Below are positions 1 to 9,632 of a stretch of DNA of 19,695 bases, piece after piece. The first letter of the stretch is position 1; each line of letters starts with the position of its first letter. Under the pieces are notes generated by a model. The model had not been told where the DNA came from. It searched no databases and saw nothing but the letters and a program-made list of their open reading frames with translations. The translations under genes and the position numbers were made by a program. Source of the stretch: Deferribacterales bacterium (GTDB lineage: Bacteria > Chrysiogenota > Deferribacteres > Deferribacterales > Geovibrionaceae); assembly GCA_050253335.1 (NCBI GenBank), contig JBFWJG010000043.1, positions 1-19,695 on the forward strand. Direction: 5' to 3'.

Positions 1-217
1 ATTCCATGGATGGAATTGCGCCGTGCGAAATGAAGCCGAACCGAGTTCGGCGCGAATGTGTGAGCAGCAGGACAGGATGTACCTGCCTGCGGACTATCAT
101 CAAAACAGCATTACAATTCCATGGATGGAATTGCGCCGTGCGAAATGAAGCCGAACCGAGTTCGGCGCGAATGCGTGAGCAGCAGGACAGGATGTACCTG
201 TCTGCGAACTATCATCA
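1..217 (+). repeat. Tandem repeat, 115-bp period (copies 1-102 and 116-217; may extend left of the window); GGA-hairpin repeat family
   Basis: attccatggatggaattgcgccgtgcgaaatgaagccgaaccgagttcggcgcgaatg...actatcatca occurs at 1 and 116 with about 3 substitutions. Each unit has three hairpins. Confidence 0.95.
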
Positions 218-231
218 GATAAGGATTAGCA

Positions 232-1518
232 ATGAAAATACTTGTTGTAGGCGGCGGGGGCAGGGAACACGCCCTCGCATGGAAACTGGCTCAGAACCCG
301 AAAGTAGAGGAAATCTTCGTTGCTCCCGGCAACGGCGGAACCGCTCTGGAAAACAAAGTTACCAACATCCGCATAAAAGCCACAGACCTTAAAGAGCTTG
401 CGGATTTTGCACAGGCAAACGGCGTGGCGCTCACTGTTGTCGGCCCGGAAGATCCACTTGCCGCAGGCATAGTGGACTACTTTCAGGAACGGGGACTGCG
501 GGTCTTCGGCCCGTGCAGAGCGGCGGCGCAGATTGAGGCAAGCAAAGCATTCGCTAAGGAGATGATGGTCGCGGCGGGAATACCCACAGCTTTTTACAGG
601 GAGTTCACCGATTTTGAAGCGGCGAACGCCTATGTGCATGAGAAAGGCGCACCCATCGTTATCAAAGCGGACGGACTGGCGGCAGGCAAAGGCGTCACCG
701 TTGCCTTCACTGTGAAGGAAGCGGAAACCGCGCTGAAAGAGATCTTCATAGACAACATCTTCGGTGAGGCCGGAAGCAGGGTTGTGGTTGAGGAGTTCCT
801 CAACGGAGAGGAAGCCTCATACCTTGCCTTCTCAGACGGGGAAACCGTTCTGCCCATGGTTTCAAGTCAGGATCACAAGGCCGTTTACGACGGTGACAAA
901 GGCCCCAACACAGGCGGAATGGGTGCTTACTCCCCCGCCCCCGTGGTTACGGATGAAATATTCGATTTCGCAACGCAGAAAATAGCCTATCCCCTTATAA
1001 ATGAGTTTAAAAAGCGCGGCATAAAATATGTCGGCATAATTTACGCAGGGCTGATGATCACTGCTGACGGAGTAAAGGTGCTTGAGTTCAACGCCCGCTT
1101 CGGCGACCCTGAGACTCAGCCTGTGCTCACAAGGCTCAATTCCGATCTGCTTGAAATCTTCGAGGCGTGCATAGACGGCAGGCTTAATGAAATCAATGCG
1201 GACTGGAGCACGGAACCCGCCGTATGCGTTGTCATGGCCTCCGGCGGCTATCCCAAGGATTATGAAAAAGGCTATGAGATAAACGGCATAACGGAAGCAG
1301 ACAAAATCCCGGGCGTCAAGGTGTTCCATGCGGGAACCGCAACCGTGGATAAAACAACCGTAAACACCGGAGGACGCGTTCTCGGAGTTACCGCAAGGGG
1401 GAAAGACCTTGAGGAAACAATAGAGCGTGCCTACGAGGCGGTGAAGAAAATATACTGGACAAACGCCCACTTCCGTAAAGACATCGGAGCTAAGGCGCTC
1501 AGGAGGCTTAAAAAATGA
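232..1518 (+). CDS. purD: Phosphoribosylamine--glycine ligase
   Basis: 428 aa; GGGGREHAL, APGNGG, VVGPE, IKADGLAAGKGV, QDHK..GPNTGGMGAY, EFNARFGDPE, GGRVL motifs; AAGGA SD at 221-225. Confidence 0.98.
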   Translation: MKILVVGGGGREHALAWKLAQNPKVEEIFVAPGNGGTALENKVTNIRIKATDLKELADFAQANGVALTVVGPEDPLAAGIVDYFQERGLRVFGPCRAAAQIEASKAFAKEMMVAAGIPTAFYREFTDFEAANAYVHEKGAPIVIKADGLAAGKGVTVAFTVKEAETALKEIFIDNIFGEAGSRVVVEEFLNGEEASYLAFSDGETVLPMVSSQDHKAVYDGDKGPNTGGMGAYSPAPVVTDEIFDFATQKIAYPLINEFKKRGIKYVGIIYAGLMITADGVKVLEFNARFGDPETQPVLTRLNSDLLEIFEACIDGRLNEINADWSTEPAVCVVMASGGYPKDYEKGYEINGITEADKIPGVKVFHAGTATVDKTTVNTGGRVLGVTARGKDLEETIERAYEAVKKIYWTNAHFRKDIGAKALRRLKK

Positions 1519-2021
1519 GTAAAGTCGGCATCATTATGGGCAGCAAATCAGACCTCGGCATAGCCGAAGCTGCCATTAAGGTTCTGAAAGACTTCAATGT
1601 GCCCTGCGAAGTTATTGTTTCCAGCGCGCACAGAACCCCCGAACGCACAGGCGAATGGGCAAGAAGCGCCGAAAACAACGGCTTTTCGGTGATCATTGCT
1701 CTGGCGGGCGCTGCCGCTCACCTTGCGGGTGTTGTGGCCAGCGAGACAAACCTTCCCGTTGTGGCTGTTCCTGTTTCCGCCACAAGCTTAGGCGGGCTTG
1801 ACGCTCTGCTCTCCATGGTGCAGATGCCCGGCGGCATACCTGTCGCAACCATGGCAATCGGCAACGCCGGAGCAAAAAACGCCGCGCTTTTTGCCTGCCA
1901 GATAATAGCAAGGTCAGATGCCGCGCTTAACGCAAAGCTCAGAACCTACCGCGAAAACATGAAGCAGGAAGTCTACAAAGCTAACGAAGAAGTACAGGCG
2001 ATGCTGAACGGCGCACAGTAA
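1515..2021 (+). CDS. purE: N5-carboxyaminoimidazole ribonucleotide mutase
   Basis: 168 aa; IIMGSKSD, SAHRTP, AGAAAHLAG, GLDALLSMVQMPGGIPVAT; ATGA overlap with the purD stop. Confidence 0.97.
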   Translation: MSKVGIIMGSKSDLGIAEAAIKVLKDFNVPCEVIVSSAHRTPERTGEWARSAENNGFSVIIALAGAAAHLAGVVASETNLPVVAVPVSATSLGGLDALLSMVQMPGGIPVATMAIGNAGAKNAALFACQIIARSDAALNAKLRTYRENMKQEVYKANEEVQAMLNGAQ

Positions 2022-2022
2022 C

Positions 2023-2634
2023 ATGCTTATAATGAAGGCGGGTTCGTCCGCATTCGAAAAAATATTCTCTCTGGCGGGCTCAAGAAATGAGCCCGTCATC
2101 TTCCCCACAGACACAATCTACGGCATAGGAGCATCCGTCAGGGACATACCTGCTAATGAAAAGATCTATCAGATTAAAGGCAGGGAAGTGAACAAACCCT
2201 TTCCTGTGCTTGTCGGGTCAATAAAACAGGTTGAGGAAATAGCCGAACCATCGCAGGCGGCGCTTAATCTCCTCAGAAACTGCCCTTTTCCGTGCACACT
2301 GGTTCTTAAAGCAAAGGAAAACCTGCATCCCCTGATGACGCTGAACGGAAACGTTGCCGTCCGCCTGCCTAAGACTGAGCCTCTGGCGGGCTTTTTAAGG
2401 GAATACGGCGCTGTCACAGCCACAAGCGCAAATCTTGCAGGGGTTCCTTATGAAGGCGGGATAGAGAATATGGTCAAAACTTTTTGCACAAAGGTAAATT
2501 TCTATTTATACCAAAATAATACGGACACTTCACCCTCCGCCATTGTGGATTTTACCTTTTCTTTACCGCAAATTATACGTAAATCAGACATAATCAGCCT
2601 TGACATTATAATGTCATATGCTAATTTATGCTGA
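2023..2634 (+). CDS. tsaC: L-threonylcarbamoyladenylate synthase (TsaC/YrdC/Sua5 family)
   Basis: 203 aa; FPTDTIYG, KGR..NKP, VAVR.P, TSAN motifs. Confidence 0.88.
   Translation: MLIMKAGSSAFEKIFSLAGSRNEPVIFPTDTIYGIGASVRDIPANEKIYQIKGREVNKPFPVLVGSIKQVEEIAEPSQAALNLLRNCPFPCTLVLKAKENLHPLMTLNGNVAVRLPKTEPLAGFLREYGAVTATSANLAGVPYEGGIENMVKTFCTKVNFYLYQNNTDTSPSAIVDFTFSLPQIIRKSDIISLDIIMSYANLC
2600..2627 (+). promoter_or_regulatory. Candidate sigma70 promoter for the cytochrome gene, overlapped by a perfect 16-bp palindrome
   Basis: TTGACA at 2600-2605; weak TGnTAATTT at 2619-2627; palindrome TGACATTATAATGTCA at 2601-2616. Confidence 0.4.
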
Positions 2635-2657
2635 TAGATTTCATAAAGGAGAAGATT

Positions 2658-3008
2658 ATGAAAAAACTCATAGTTGCTATGATTGTCGTCTGTTTCGCAG
2701 TTGCTGCGGCAGTTGCGGCAGGTCCCGCAAAAATCGACCTCAAAACATGGGTAGCAGGCGAACCCTCCAAGCCCGCAGTTCAGTTCCCCCACGATGTGCA
2801 CCAGGCTAAAAACCAGTGTACAGACTGCCACGTTAAAGAAGACGGCGGCGCGCTGAAAAACCTTAAAGCAGGCGGAGAAGTTAACTTCAAAGGCGCTATC
2901 GGCGTTAAAAAGACCAAAAATGACGCTCATGACAACTTCTGCTGGGAATGCCACGTAGCGAAAAAAGTTCCTCAGGGCAAATCCTGCAACAAATGCCACG
3001 CGAAATAA
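2658..3008 (+). CDS. Periplasmic triheme class III cytochrome c (c7/PpcA-like)
   Basis: Start moved to ATG 2658 behind the AAGGAG SD. Signal peptide MKKLIVAM...AVAA; VQFPHDVH motif; three CxxCH motifs (CTDCH, CWECH, CNKCH); extra His in DAH. Confidence 0.9.
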   Translation: MKKLIVAMIVVCFAVAAAVAAGPAKIDLKTWVAGEPSKPAVQFPHDVHQAKNQCTDCHVKEDGGALKNLKAGGEVNFKGAIGVKKTKNDAHDNFCWECHVAKKVPQGKSCNKCHAK

Positions 3009-3035
3009 CAGCGGCATGACACTCTGAAAAACAAC

Positions 3036-3071
3036 AGCCCCGAAAGGCAATGCCTAGCGGGGCTTTTTTTT
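3036..3071 (+). terminator. Rho-independent terminator
   Basis: agccccg-aa-aggca-a-tgcct-ag-cggggct followed by a T tract, between convergent genes. Confidence 0.85.
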
Positions 3072-3089
3072 ATCTGAGCAAGCTGAAAC

Positions 3090-4391
3090 TTACTTCACCA
3101 GCGTTTCATTGCCCACAACAAGGTTCCTGCCTGCGTTTTTTGCCTGATACAGCCTTTCGTCAGCCAGATTAACCAGCTTTTCGCTGCATCTCGTTTCTGA
3201 AATGCAGGCAACGCCGAAACTGCTTGTTATGCGGGCGCTGATCCCTTTAAACACTGTTGATTCAATTGTTTTGCGCAGTTTTTCAGCCAGAGTGACGGCT
3301 CCCAGACAGTCGGTTTCAGGCAGAAGGATGATAAACTCCTCTCCGCCGTAGCGCGCCACACTGTCCGAATCTCTCGTGAGCGAGCAGGCAATAGAGGCTA
3401 TCTCTCTGATCACCTCGTCACCCAGAATGTGTCCGAACCTGTCATTCACTCTTTTAAAATGGTCTATGTCGAACAGGATCACCGAATAGGGATCTTTTGT
3501 CCTGCGGAATCTGCTGTCTTCCTTGCTGAGTGTTTCATAGAAGTAGCGCCTGTTGTATATTCCGGTGAGTCCGTCCGTAATTGCCTGAAGCTGAAGAAGC
3601 TTGTTTGTCTTCTCCATGTCGTCCAACAGGATTTTATTGAGAAGATGAGCCCTCAGACGCAGATAAAACTCCTCCACATCGAAAGGTTTATGAAAAAAGT
3701 CATTAACGCCGGAGTAAAAAAGGCTGTTGCGGACTTCCCTGTCATCGGAGACGGTCATGGCGATAATAGGTATATTTTTGAAGTTGTAGTCTTTTTTAAT
3801 AAACTTGACAAATTCGGCGCTGGTTTTGCCGGAGCCGAAGAAATAGTCAATAAGCACAATATCCGGCACATAGCTTCCGCTTTTAAGCAGATCCATTGCA
3901 CTGTCGATATTCTCCATGCATATTGGGGTTACTCCCGATTTTTTCAGAAGACCGCTGATAAAATTCCGCTGAAGTCTGCTGTCCTCCACAAGAAGAGCCT
4001 TCATCCCGCCGAAACAGCAGGTGTTCACAAAATCCTTAACATTCTGGAGGAAAATGCCCAGTCCTTCGCGGACGGAATTTTTGAGAAAATAACCGAATGC
4101 TCCGTTCTGAAAGCACTGTATACGCACGGAATCATCGATCAGGGAGGTAATTATCACCACAGTTGTCTGTTCAAACTTCTGTTCATATTTCATTTCCCTG
4201 CACAGATCCAGACCTTTGCCGTCCGGAAGAACCATGTCAAGGGTTACGACATCGTAATAGTTTTCAGCCAGTTTTTTTCTTGCCTCCGCCAGATCAGCCG
4301 CTTCTTCAACCTTATAATTGAATTTTTCCAGTTCGGTTCTGATGCTTTTGCGGATGAGCCTGCTGTCGTCAACAACTAATGCGTTTTCCAT
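3090..4391 (-). CDS. PleD-like response regulator diguanylate cyclase (REC-REC-GGDEF)
   Basis: 433 aa; two receiver domains (VVDD..LDMVLPDG; LVED..LIDY..KPF); TDGLTG.YNRR, DIDHFKRVND.FGH, RDSD I-site, RYGGEEF. Confidence 0.93.
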   Translation of the reverse strand: MENALVVDDSRLIRKSIRTELEKFNYKVEEAADLAEARKKLAENYYDVVTLDMVLPDGKGLDLCREMKYEQKFEQTTVVIITSLIDDSVRIQCFQNGAFGYFLKNSVREGLGIFLQNVKDFVNTCCFGGMKALLVEDSRLQRNFISGLLKKSGVTPICMENIDSAMDLLKSGSYVPDIVLIDYFFGSGKTSAEFVKFIKKDYNFKNIPIIAMTVSDDREVRNSLFYSGVNDFFHKPFDVEEFYLRLRAHLLNKILLDDMEKTNKLLQLQAITDGLTGIYNRRYFYETLSKEDSRFRRTKDPYSVILFDIDHFKRVNDRFGHILGDEVIREIASIACSLTRDSDSVARYGGEEFIILLPETDCLGAVTLAEKLRKTIESTVFKGISARITSSFGVACISETRCSEKLVNLADERLYQAKNAGRNLVVGNETLVK

Positions 4392-4556
4392 AGTTAGCCC
4401 GTGCTAATTCCTTTTAATAATAATGCAAATATAATCATTGCTAAAATTAATAATATCACCTGAATTAAAATTTTCACAGTGAAAAAAGACAGCACAAAAG
4501 CACAGAAACCGGCCGAATTCTTTAAATCTTTCGGAATGAACGGATAAAAAAATTGA

Positions 4557-5459
4557 TTATTTTGCTTTGGGGTGGGTTTTGTCGTAGACCCTGAGCAGAT
4601 CGCTGAGGTTCAGATGGGTGTATTTCTGCGTGGTTGAGAGCGCCTCATGCCCAAGAAGCTCCTGAATGGTGCGGAGATCTGCCCCGCCTTCAAGAAGATG
4701 CGTGGCGAAGGAATGCCTGAACGAATGTGGAGAGAAATCCAGCGGAAGACCCGCCTCTTTCAGATACTTCTCCACAATGCGCCCCACGGAGCGTTCGGTC
4801 AGGCGGGTGCCGTACTTGTTGAGAAAAACCGCGTCATCCTTCGGATAATGCCCCTCAGCGGGCACATCTGCTCGAACGCGCATATATTCCGCTATAAGTT
4901 CGCCCAGTATATCGCCAAGGGGGATTATGCGCTCCTTCTTCCCTTTCCCCCGCACGCGCATTCGCATTCCGCGCAGGTCAACATCGGAGAGATTCAGTCC
5001 GGTGAGCTCCGAAACACGCACACCCGTTCCGTACATAAGCTCCAGTATCAACGCATCGCGCATTCCGGCGGCTTCTGTTTTGTCAGGAAGTTCAAGAAGG
5101 CTCAGGAGGTCGTCTATATTAAAGACATTAAAGGCTTTTTTCTCTTTTTTCGGAAATTTAAGCATACGGGCGTGATTGTCATCGGTGATCCCTTTTTTAT
5201 GCAGAAACTTAAAGAATGATTTCAGGCAGGCTATCTTCCGTTCCGCTGTGGATTTTGAAATGTCCCTGTCAAAAAGCGAGGCGGCAAACCCGCGCAGAAT
5301 AAAGAAATCCGCAGATTCCACATCGCTTATTTTTTCAGTTTCCAGATATTCCGCCAACTCGGCCAGATCCCCTGAATACGCCTTGATTGTGTGCTCGGAG
5401 GCGTTTTTTTCGTTTTTCAGATACAAAATGAAATCGGCGATCGCGCGGTCTGTATTCAT
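4557..5459 (-). CDS. xerC: Tyrosine recombinase XerC
   Basis: 300 aa; TGVRVSEL, GKGKKER, HSFRHSFATHLL, QELLGH..TTQKYTH; downstream of topA-trmFO. Confidence 0.9.
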   Translation of the reverse strand: MNTDRAIADFILYLKNEKNASEHTIKAYSGDLAELAEYLETEKISDVESADFFILRGFAASLFDRDISKSTAERKIACLKSFFKFLHKKGITDDNHARMLKFPKKEKKAFNVFNIDDLLSLLELPDKTEAAGMRDALILELMYGTGVRVSELTGLNLSDVDLRGMRMRVRGKGKKERIIPLGDILGELIAEYMRVRADVPAEGHYPKDDAVFLNKYGTRLTERSVGRIVEKYLKEAGLPLDFSPHSFRHSFATHLLEGGADLRTIQELLGHEALSTTQKYTHLNLSDLLRVYDKTHPKAK

Positions 5460-5522
5460 AATTAATCCGCTCTTTATACCAAGAGTTCCTTTACTTTGTT
5501 CAGGATTTCACCATCCTGCGGT

Positions 5523-6833
5523 CTACATTTCAGTTTTATCCAGAAAAGCCTTCAAAGCGCCGACAGCCTTTTCCGCCATCATGCTTTTTTTCAGCTTCTT
5601 ATCCTTAATCCGCTCTTCCGGTGCGGGCAGCATACCGAAATGGAAGTTGCTGGGTACATACTTTTTGCGTGTCGCCTCGTATTTGTCGGTAACAAACAGA
5701 CCCAGCGAACCGAGGGCGGTTTCCCTCGGGAATGCTCTGCTTTCGCCTCCGGTGAGCCTCAGTGCGAGGTCATACCCTGCGATGAGTCCGGACGCTATGG
5801 ATTCCAGATAGCCTTCCACGCCTGTTATCTGTCCTGCGAAGTATAAGCCGTCCTCATATCTGAATCTGTCGTCCAGCTTTGAGGGGGAATTGATATATGT
5901 GTTGCGGTGAACAGAACCGTAGCGGAGAAATTCCGCATTTTCAAGCCCCGGAATCATCCGGAACACCCTTTTCTGCTCGCCTATCTTCATTTTGGTCTGG
6001 CAGCCCACAAGGTTGTAAGCAGTGCCCTCCTCATTCTCCTTGCGGAGCTGAAGAACGGCGTAGTATCTCTTATCTGTTTCGGGATGCTCAAGTCCCACAG
6101 GCTTCAGAGAGCCGAATGCGAGGGTTTTGCGCCCTCTGGCGGCCATTTCCTCTATGGGCATACACCCTTCAAACACGTTCATCTTCTCGAAGTCCTCAAA
6201 GGCAACCTTTTCAGAATCCATGAGCGCATCATAAAAAGCGTCGTATTCATCCTTTGTCATGGGACAGTTGAGATAATCGGGTTCGCCTTTTCCGTAGCGG
6301 CTTTTGAAGTAGCACTTGGTCATGTCCACTGAGTCGAAATCTATAATGGGCGATATGGCGTCAAAAAAATACAGTCCGCCGCCCATCAGGTTCTTTATTT
6401 TATCAGCGAGAGCATCGGAGGTAAGCGGCCCGCTTGCGATAATTAGCGGTCTGTCAGCGGGAATATCCCTGACCTCGCCGCGCACTATGCGCACGTTCTC
6501 CATTGCGGAAAGTGTTTCGGTGACTCTGGCGGAGAACATCTCCCTGTCCACTGCGAGCGAGCCACCCGCAGGAACCCTGCATTCTTTGGCAATGCGGATA
6601 AGCAGGCTGTCCATAAGCTCCAGCTCCGCCTTGAGAAGACCTGAGCCAGTATCCGCCGCCTCCGCCTTGAGGGAGTTGGAGCAGACAAGCTCAGCAAAAC
6701 CGCCGCCGGAATGGGCGGGGGTCATCACATCGGGGCGCATTTCATAAATAATCACAGGGATATTGCGTTTGGCAAGCTGATAAGCGGCCTCGCTCCCTGC
6801 GAGACCGCCACCTATTATATGAACGGGATTCAT
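5523..6833 (-). CDS. trmFO: Methylenetetrahydrofolate--tRNA-(uracil-5-)-methyltransferase TrmFO (Gid)
   Basis: 436 aa; IIGGGLAGSEAA, AELVCSNS, FEGCMPIE, RYGSVHRNTY, FAGQITGVEGY. Confidence 0.97.
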   Translation of the reverse strand: MNPVHIIGGGLAGSEAAYQLAKRNIPVIIYEMRPDVMTPAHSGGGFAELVCSNSLKAEAADTGSGLLKAELELMDSLLIRIAKECRVPAGGSLAVDREMFSARVTETLSAMENVRIVRGEVRDIPADRPLIIASGPLTSDALADKIKNLMGGGLYFFDAISPIIDFDSVDMTKCYFKSRYGKGEPDYLNCPMTKDEYDAFYDALMDSEKVAFEDFEKMNVFEGCMPIEEMAARGRKTLAFGSLKPVGLEHPETDKRYYAVLQLRKENEEGTAYNLVGCQTKMKIGEQKRVFRMIPGLENAEFLRYGSVHRNTYINSPSKLDDRFRYEDGLYFAGQITGVEGYLESIASGLIAGYDLALRLTGGESRAFPRETALGSLGLFVTDKYEATRKKYVPSNFHFGMLPAPEERIKDKKLKKSMMAEKAVGALKAFLDKTEM

Positions 6834-6840
6834 GAAAAGA

Positions 6841-9201
6841 CTATTCCTTAACGGTTATTGTACCGTCTTCCAGAGTCTGAATCGGTTTGGCGTTTTTGCA
6901 TTTGGGATATGCCGTGCAGGCAAAGAAACGGCCTCTGGGGCCTTTCTTGAGCGCCATCGGGCTGCCGCATTTCTCGCATTTGACATTTTCGTCAACCTTG
7001 AGAATCTCAGGGGCGATGTTCCCCTTGGCATCAGTGATGATGTTAGCGGTAAAGCTGCATTCAGGATAGCCTGAACAGGCGATGAAGTTGCCTCTCCTGC
7101 CTTTCTTAACGGCAAGCTTGCCGCCGCATTTCGGGCATGGGGTGCTGATCTCCGCCGTCATCTCCTCCACAAGCTTCACTCTGCCTTCCTCATCACGCAC
7201 ATACTGCTTGATGTTTTTGCATTCCGGATAGCCGGAGCAGGCAAGCATTTCGCCGAAGCGGGACTTTTTGATAACCATCTCGCTTCCGCATTTGTCGCAC
7301 TCTATGCCTGTGGATTCGTTTTTGGGCTTCTCTATGAGCTTTATGCTTCCGTCCTCCTGCCTTTCGTAGTCGGAGGAGAAATCACACTCGGGATATTTTG
7401 AGCAGGCGGCGAATGAGCCGTTGCGCCCATATTTTATGATGAGTCCGCCGCCGCATTTCGGGCATTCGGAATCAAGGGTCAGATTAACACTGAACTGTTT
7501 TTCCGCAACATCAAGAACAGGCTTGAAGCTTCTGAAAAACTCGTCCAGAACCTCATCCCACTTAACTGCGCCTTCTGCGACCTTATCCAGATCTGTCTCA
7601 AGACCTGCGGTGAATTTTATTTCAAAGATACTGGGAAAATTGCTGACAAGGAGCCTGTTCACAATGCGGCCGAGCTCTGTTGGGCGGAGTTTTTTCTCCG
7701 CTGTCTCGACATATTCCCTTTCCTGTATGGTTGAGATGATGGAAGCGTATGTACTCGGGCGGCCTATTCCTTCCTGTTCAAGGGTTTTGATTATGCTCGC
7801 CTCAGTGTACCTTGCGGGGGGCTGGGTAAAGTTCTGTTTGGGGTCAAAGCTTTCCGCTTTTGCGGGGGTGTTCTCTTTTATATCGAAGAGAATCGCCTCG
7901 GCATCCTTCTGCGCCTCTTCGTCCCCTTCTATGTAAAGCTTTCTGAAACCGGGAAATTTAAGGATTTTGCCCTGAGTCTTGAACTCATAGGCTCCGCCTG
8001 TGATTGTTATCGTGCTCTGGTCATATTCGGCATCGGCCATCTGGCTTGCCACAAAGCGTTCCCAGATCAGCTTGTACAGCTTATATTGCTCGGCTGAAAG
8101 AAACTTCTCAACAGATTCAGGTGTACGCTCAACGGATGTGGGGCGTATGGCCTCGTGAGCGTCCTGGGTTTTCACTTTTGTTTCTTTTGCCTTTCTTACG
8201 CCTTTTGTGAGGAAGTCGGAACCGAATTCCTTTTTGATGTAATCCGCCGCTTCCTTAGCCGCCTCATCGGATATTCTCACCGAGTCGGTACGCATATAGG
8301 TGATAAGACCCGCAGGCCCCTGAGACCCCAGATCCATACCCTCATAAAGCTTCTGGGCGTTGACCATAGTGCGTTTTGCGGAGTAACCCAGTTTGCGGCT
8401 TGCCTCCTGCTGAAGCATCGAGGTGGAGAAAGGCAGGGGCGCCTTCTGCATTACGGTTTTTCTCGCGACATCAGTCACGGAGAATGAGGCTTTTTTAAGG
8501 TCGGAGAGAACTTTGTCCGCCTCTTCCTTTTTGCCTACTTTTATCTTTTTGCCGTCCTTTTTTTCAAGTCTGGCTTTGAGTTTTCTGTTTTCGTCATTAT
8601 CCAGAAGGAACATGCCGTCTATTGTCCAGTATTCCTCCGGCTTGAACTTCTCTATCTCCTCCTCACGCTCACAGATGAGGCGGAGAGCCACGGACTGCAC
8701 CCTTCCTGCGGAAAGGCCGAACTTAAGCGGCTTCCACAGAAGCGGACTGACCAGATAGCCCACAAGCCTGTCCAGCACGCGGCGGGACTGCTGAGCCATT
8801 GCCATGTCCATGTTTATGTCAACAGGGTTGTCTATCCCCTCGTGAATACCTTTTTTGGTAATCTCGTTGAAATAGACCCTTTTGATTTTTTCCATGTTCT
8901 TTTTGCCGAGTTCGCCGGCGATATGCCAGGCGATGGCCTCCCCTTCACGGTCGGGGTCTGGGGCGAGGAAGATTTTTTCCGCTGTCTGAGCCTCTTTCTT
9001 GAGGTCGTCCAGCACCTTTTTCTTCCCTCTGATTGTGATGTACTCAGGCTCAAAGCCGTTTTCAATATCGACCCCCAGCTTGTTTGAGGGAAGATCCTTA
9101 ACATGCCCTACACTCGCAAGGACTTTATAACTTCTGCCAAGATATTTCTCTATGGTTTTGGCTTTCGCCGGAGACTCAACAATAACAAGGTTTTTAGCCA
9201 T
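6841..9201 (-). CDS. topA: DNA topoisomerase I (type IA) with four C4 zinc ribbons
   Basis: 786 aa; LVIVESPAKAKTI, DPDREGEAI, SAGRVQS, ITYMRTDS, QDAHEAIRPT, GIGRPSTYA; four CxxC...ACxxYPxC repeats. Confidence 0.98.
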   Translation of the reverse strand: MAKNLVIVESPAKAKTIEKYLGRSYKVLASVGHVKDLPSNKLGVDIENGFEPEYITIRGKKKVLDDLKKEAQTAEKIFLAPDPDREGEAIAWHIAGELGKKNMEKIKRVYFNEITKKGIHEGIDNPVDINMDMAMAQQSRRVLDRLVGYLVSPLLWKPLKFGLSAGRVQSVALRLICEREEEIEKFKPEEYWTIDGMFLLDNDENRKLKARLEKKDGKKIKVGKKEEADKVLSDLKKASFSVTDVARKTVMQKAPLPFSTSMLQQEASRKLGYSAKRTMVNAQKLYEGMDLGSQGPAGLITYMRTDSVRISDEAAKEAADYIKKEFGSDFLTKGVRKAKETKVKTQDAHEAIRPTSVERTPESVEKFLSAEQYKLYKLIWERFVASQMADAEYDQSTITITGGAYEFKTQGKILKFPGFRKLYIEGDEEAQKDAEAILFDIKENTPAKAESFDPKQNFTQPPARYTEASIIKTLEQEGIGRPSTYASIISTIQEREYVETAEKKLRPTELGRIVNRLLVSNFPSIFEIKFTAGLETDLDKVAEGAVKWDEVLDEFFRSFKPVLDVAEKQFSVNLTLDSECPKCGGGLIIKYGRNGSFAACSKYPECDFSSDYERQEDGSIKLIEKPKNESTGIECDKCGSEMVIKKSRFGEMLACSGYPECKNIKQYVRDEEGRVKLVEEMTAEISTPCPKCGGKLAVKKGRRGNFIACSGYPECSFTANIITDAKGNIAPEILKVDENVKCEKCGSPMALKKGPRGRFFACTAYPKCKNAKPIQTLEDGTITVKE

Positions 9202-9215
9202 ACACCCGCACCCGT

Positions 9216-9632
9216 TTAGTGATCGTATTCCTCATAATCCCCCGCGCTTTCGGCGAAAAGGGATTTTTTCTCCATAAGGCTGAAAAGAACATGGTTTTTC
9301 ACCTGCTCAACCCCTATGCGGTAGTTATCCGTATCAAGGAGCGATTCTATAACAGTTTCCAGCGACACCATGTCCATAACCCCTGTGATGTTGAGTTTCT
9401 GGAGATAGTTCATCGCCTCTTCGGTGAAAGTATTTTTCTCTTTTCTGGAGAAGTATCGGTAGCCCGCAAAAGGGGCGAAGCTGTTCATGTCAAGAACGGC
9501 AAGCACCTGTCTTATCTCGTTGTCCTCAAACCCTGTGGACTGGAGATAGTCGGCAAGATCCTTTTCGCTGACCTTGTCAGAGGAGTCGATGTAGTCGATT
9601 ACCAGGTTAAGTGCAATCACAAATTTTTCCAC
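9216..9632 (-). CDS. DUF494/Smg family protein
   Basis: 138 aa acidic protein, GTG start; L...GF...EI...L and R.FS..E patterns; sits between dprA and topA, where smg usually lies. Confidence 0.75.
   Translation of the reverse strand: MEKFVIALNLVIDYIDSSDKVSEKDLADYLQSTGFEDNEIRQVLAVLDMNSFAPFAGYRYFSRKEKNTFTEEAMNYLQKLNITGVMDMVSLETVIESLLDTDNYRIGVEQVKNHVLFSLMEKKSLFAESAGDYEEYDH

Noticed and set aside
6..392. 128-aa ORF over the 115-bp repeat
   Set aside because: It is repeat-derived and overlaps purD out of frame.
4471..4485. TTTTCACAGTGAAAA palindrome or Rex-like box upstream of the diguanylate cyclase
   Set aside because: The context is AT-rich, it is a single occurrence, and only a half-site matches the Rex consensus.
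4557..5459. xerC as a phage or island integrase mobilising the repeats
   Set aside because: It has housekeeping XerC size and lies in the conserved dprA-topA-trmFO-xerC context; no att or dif site was recognised.
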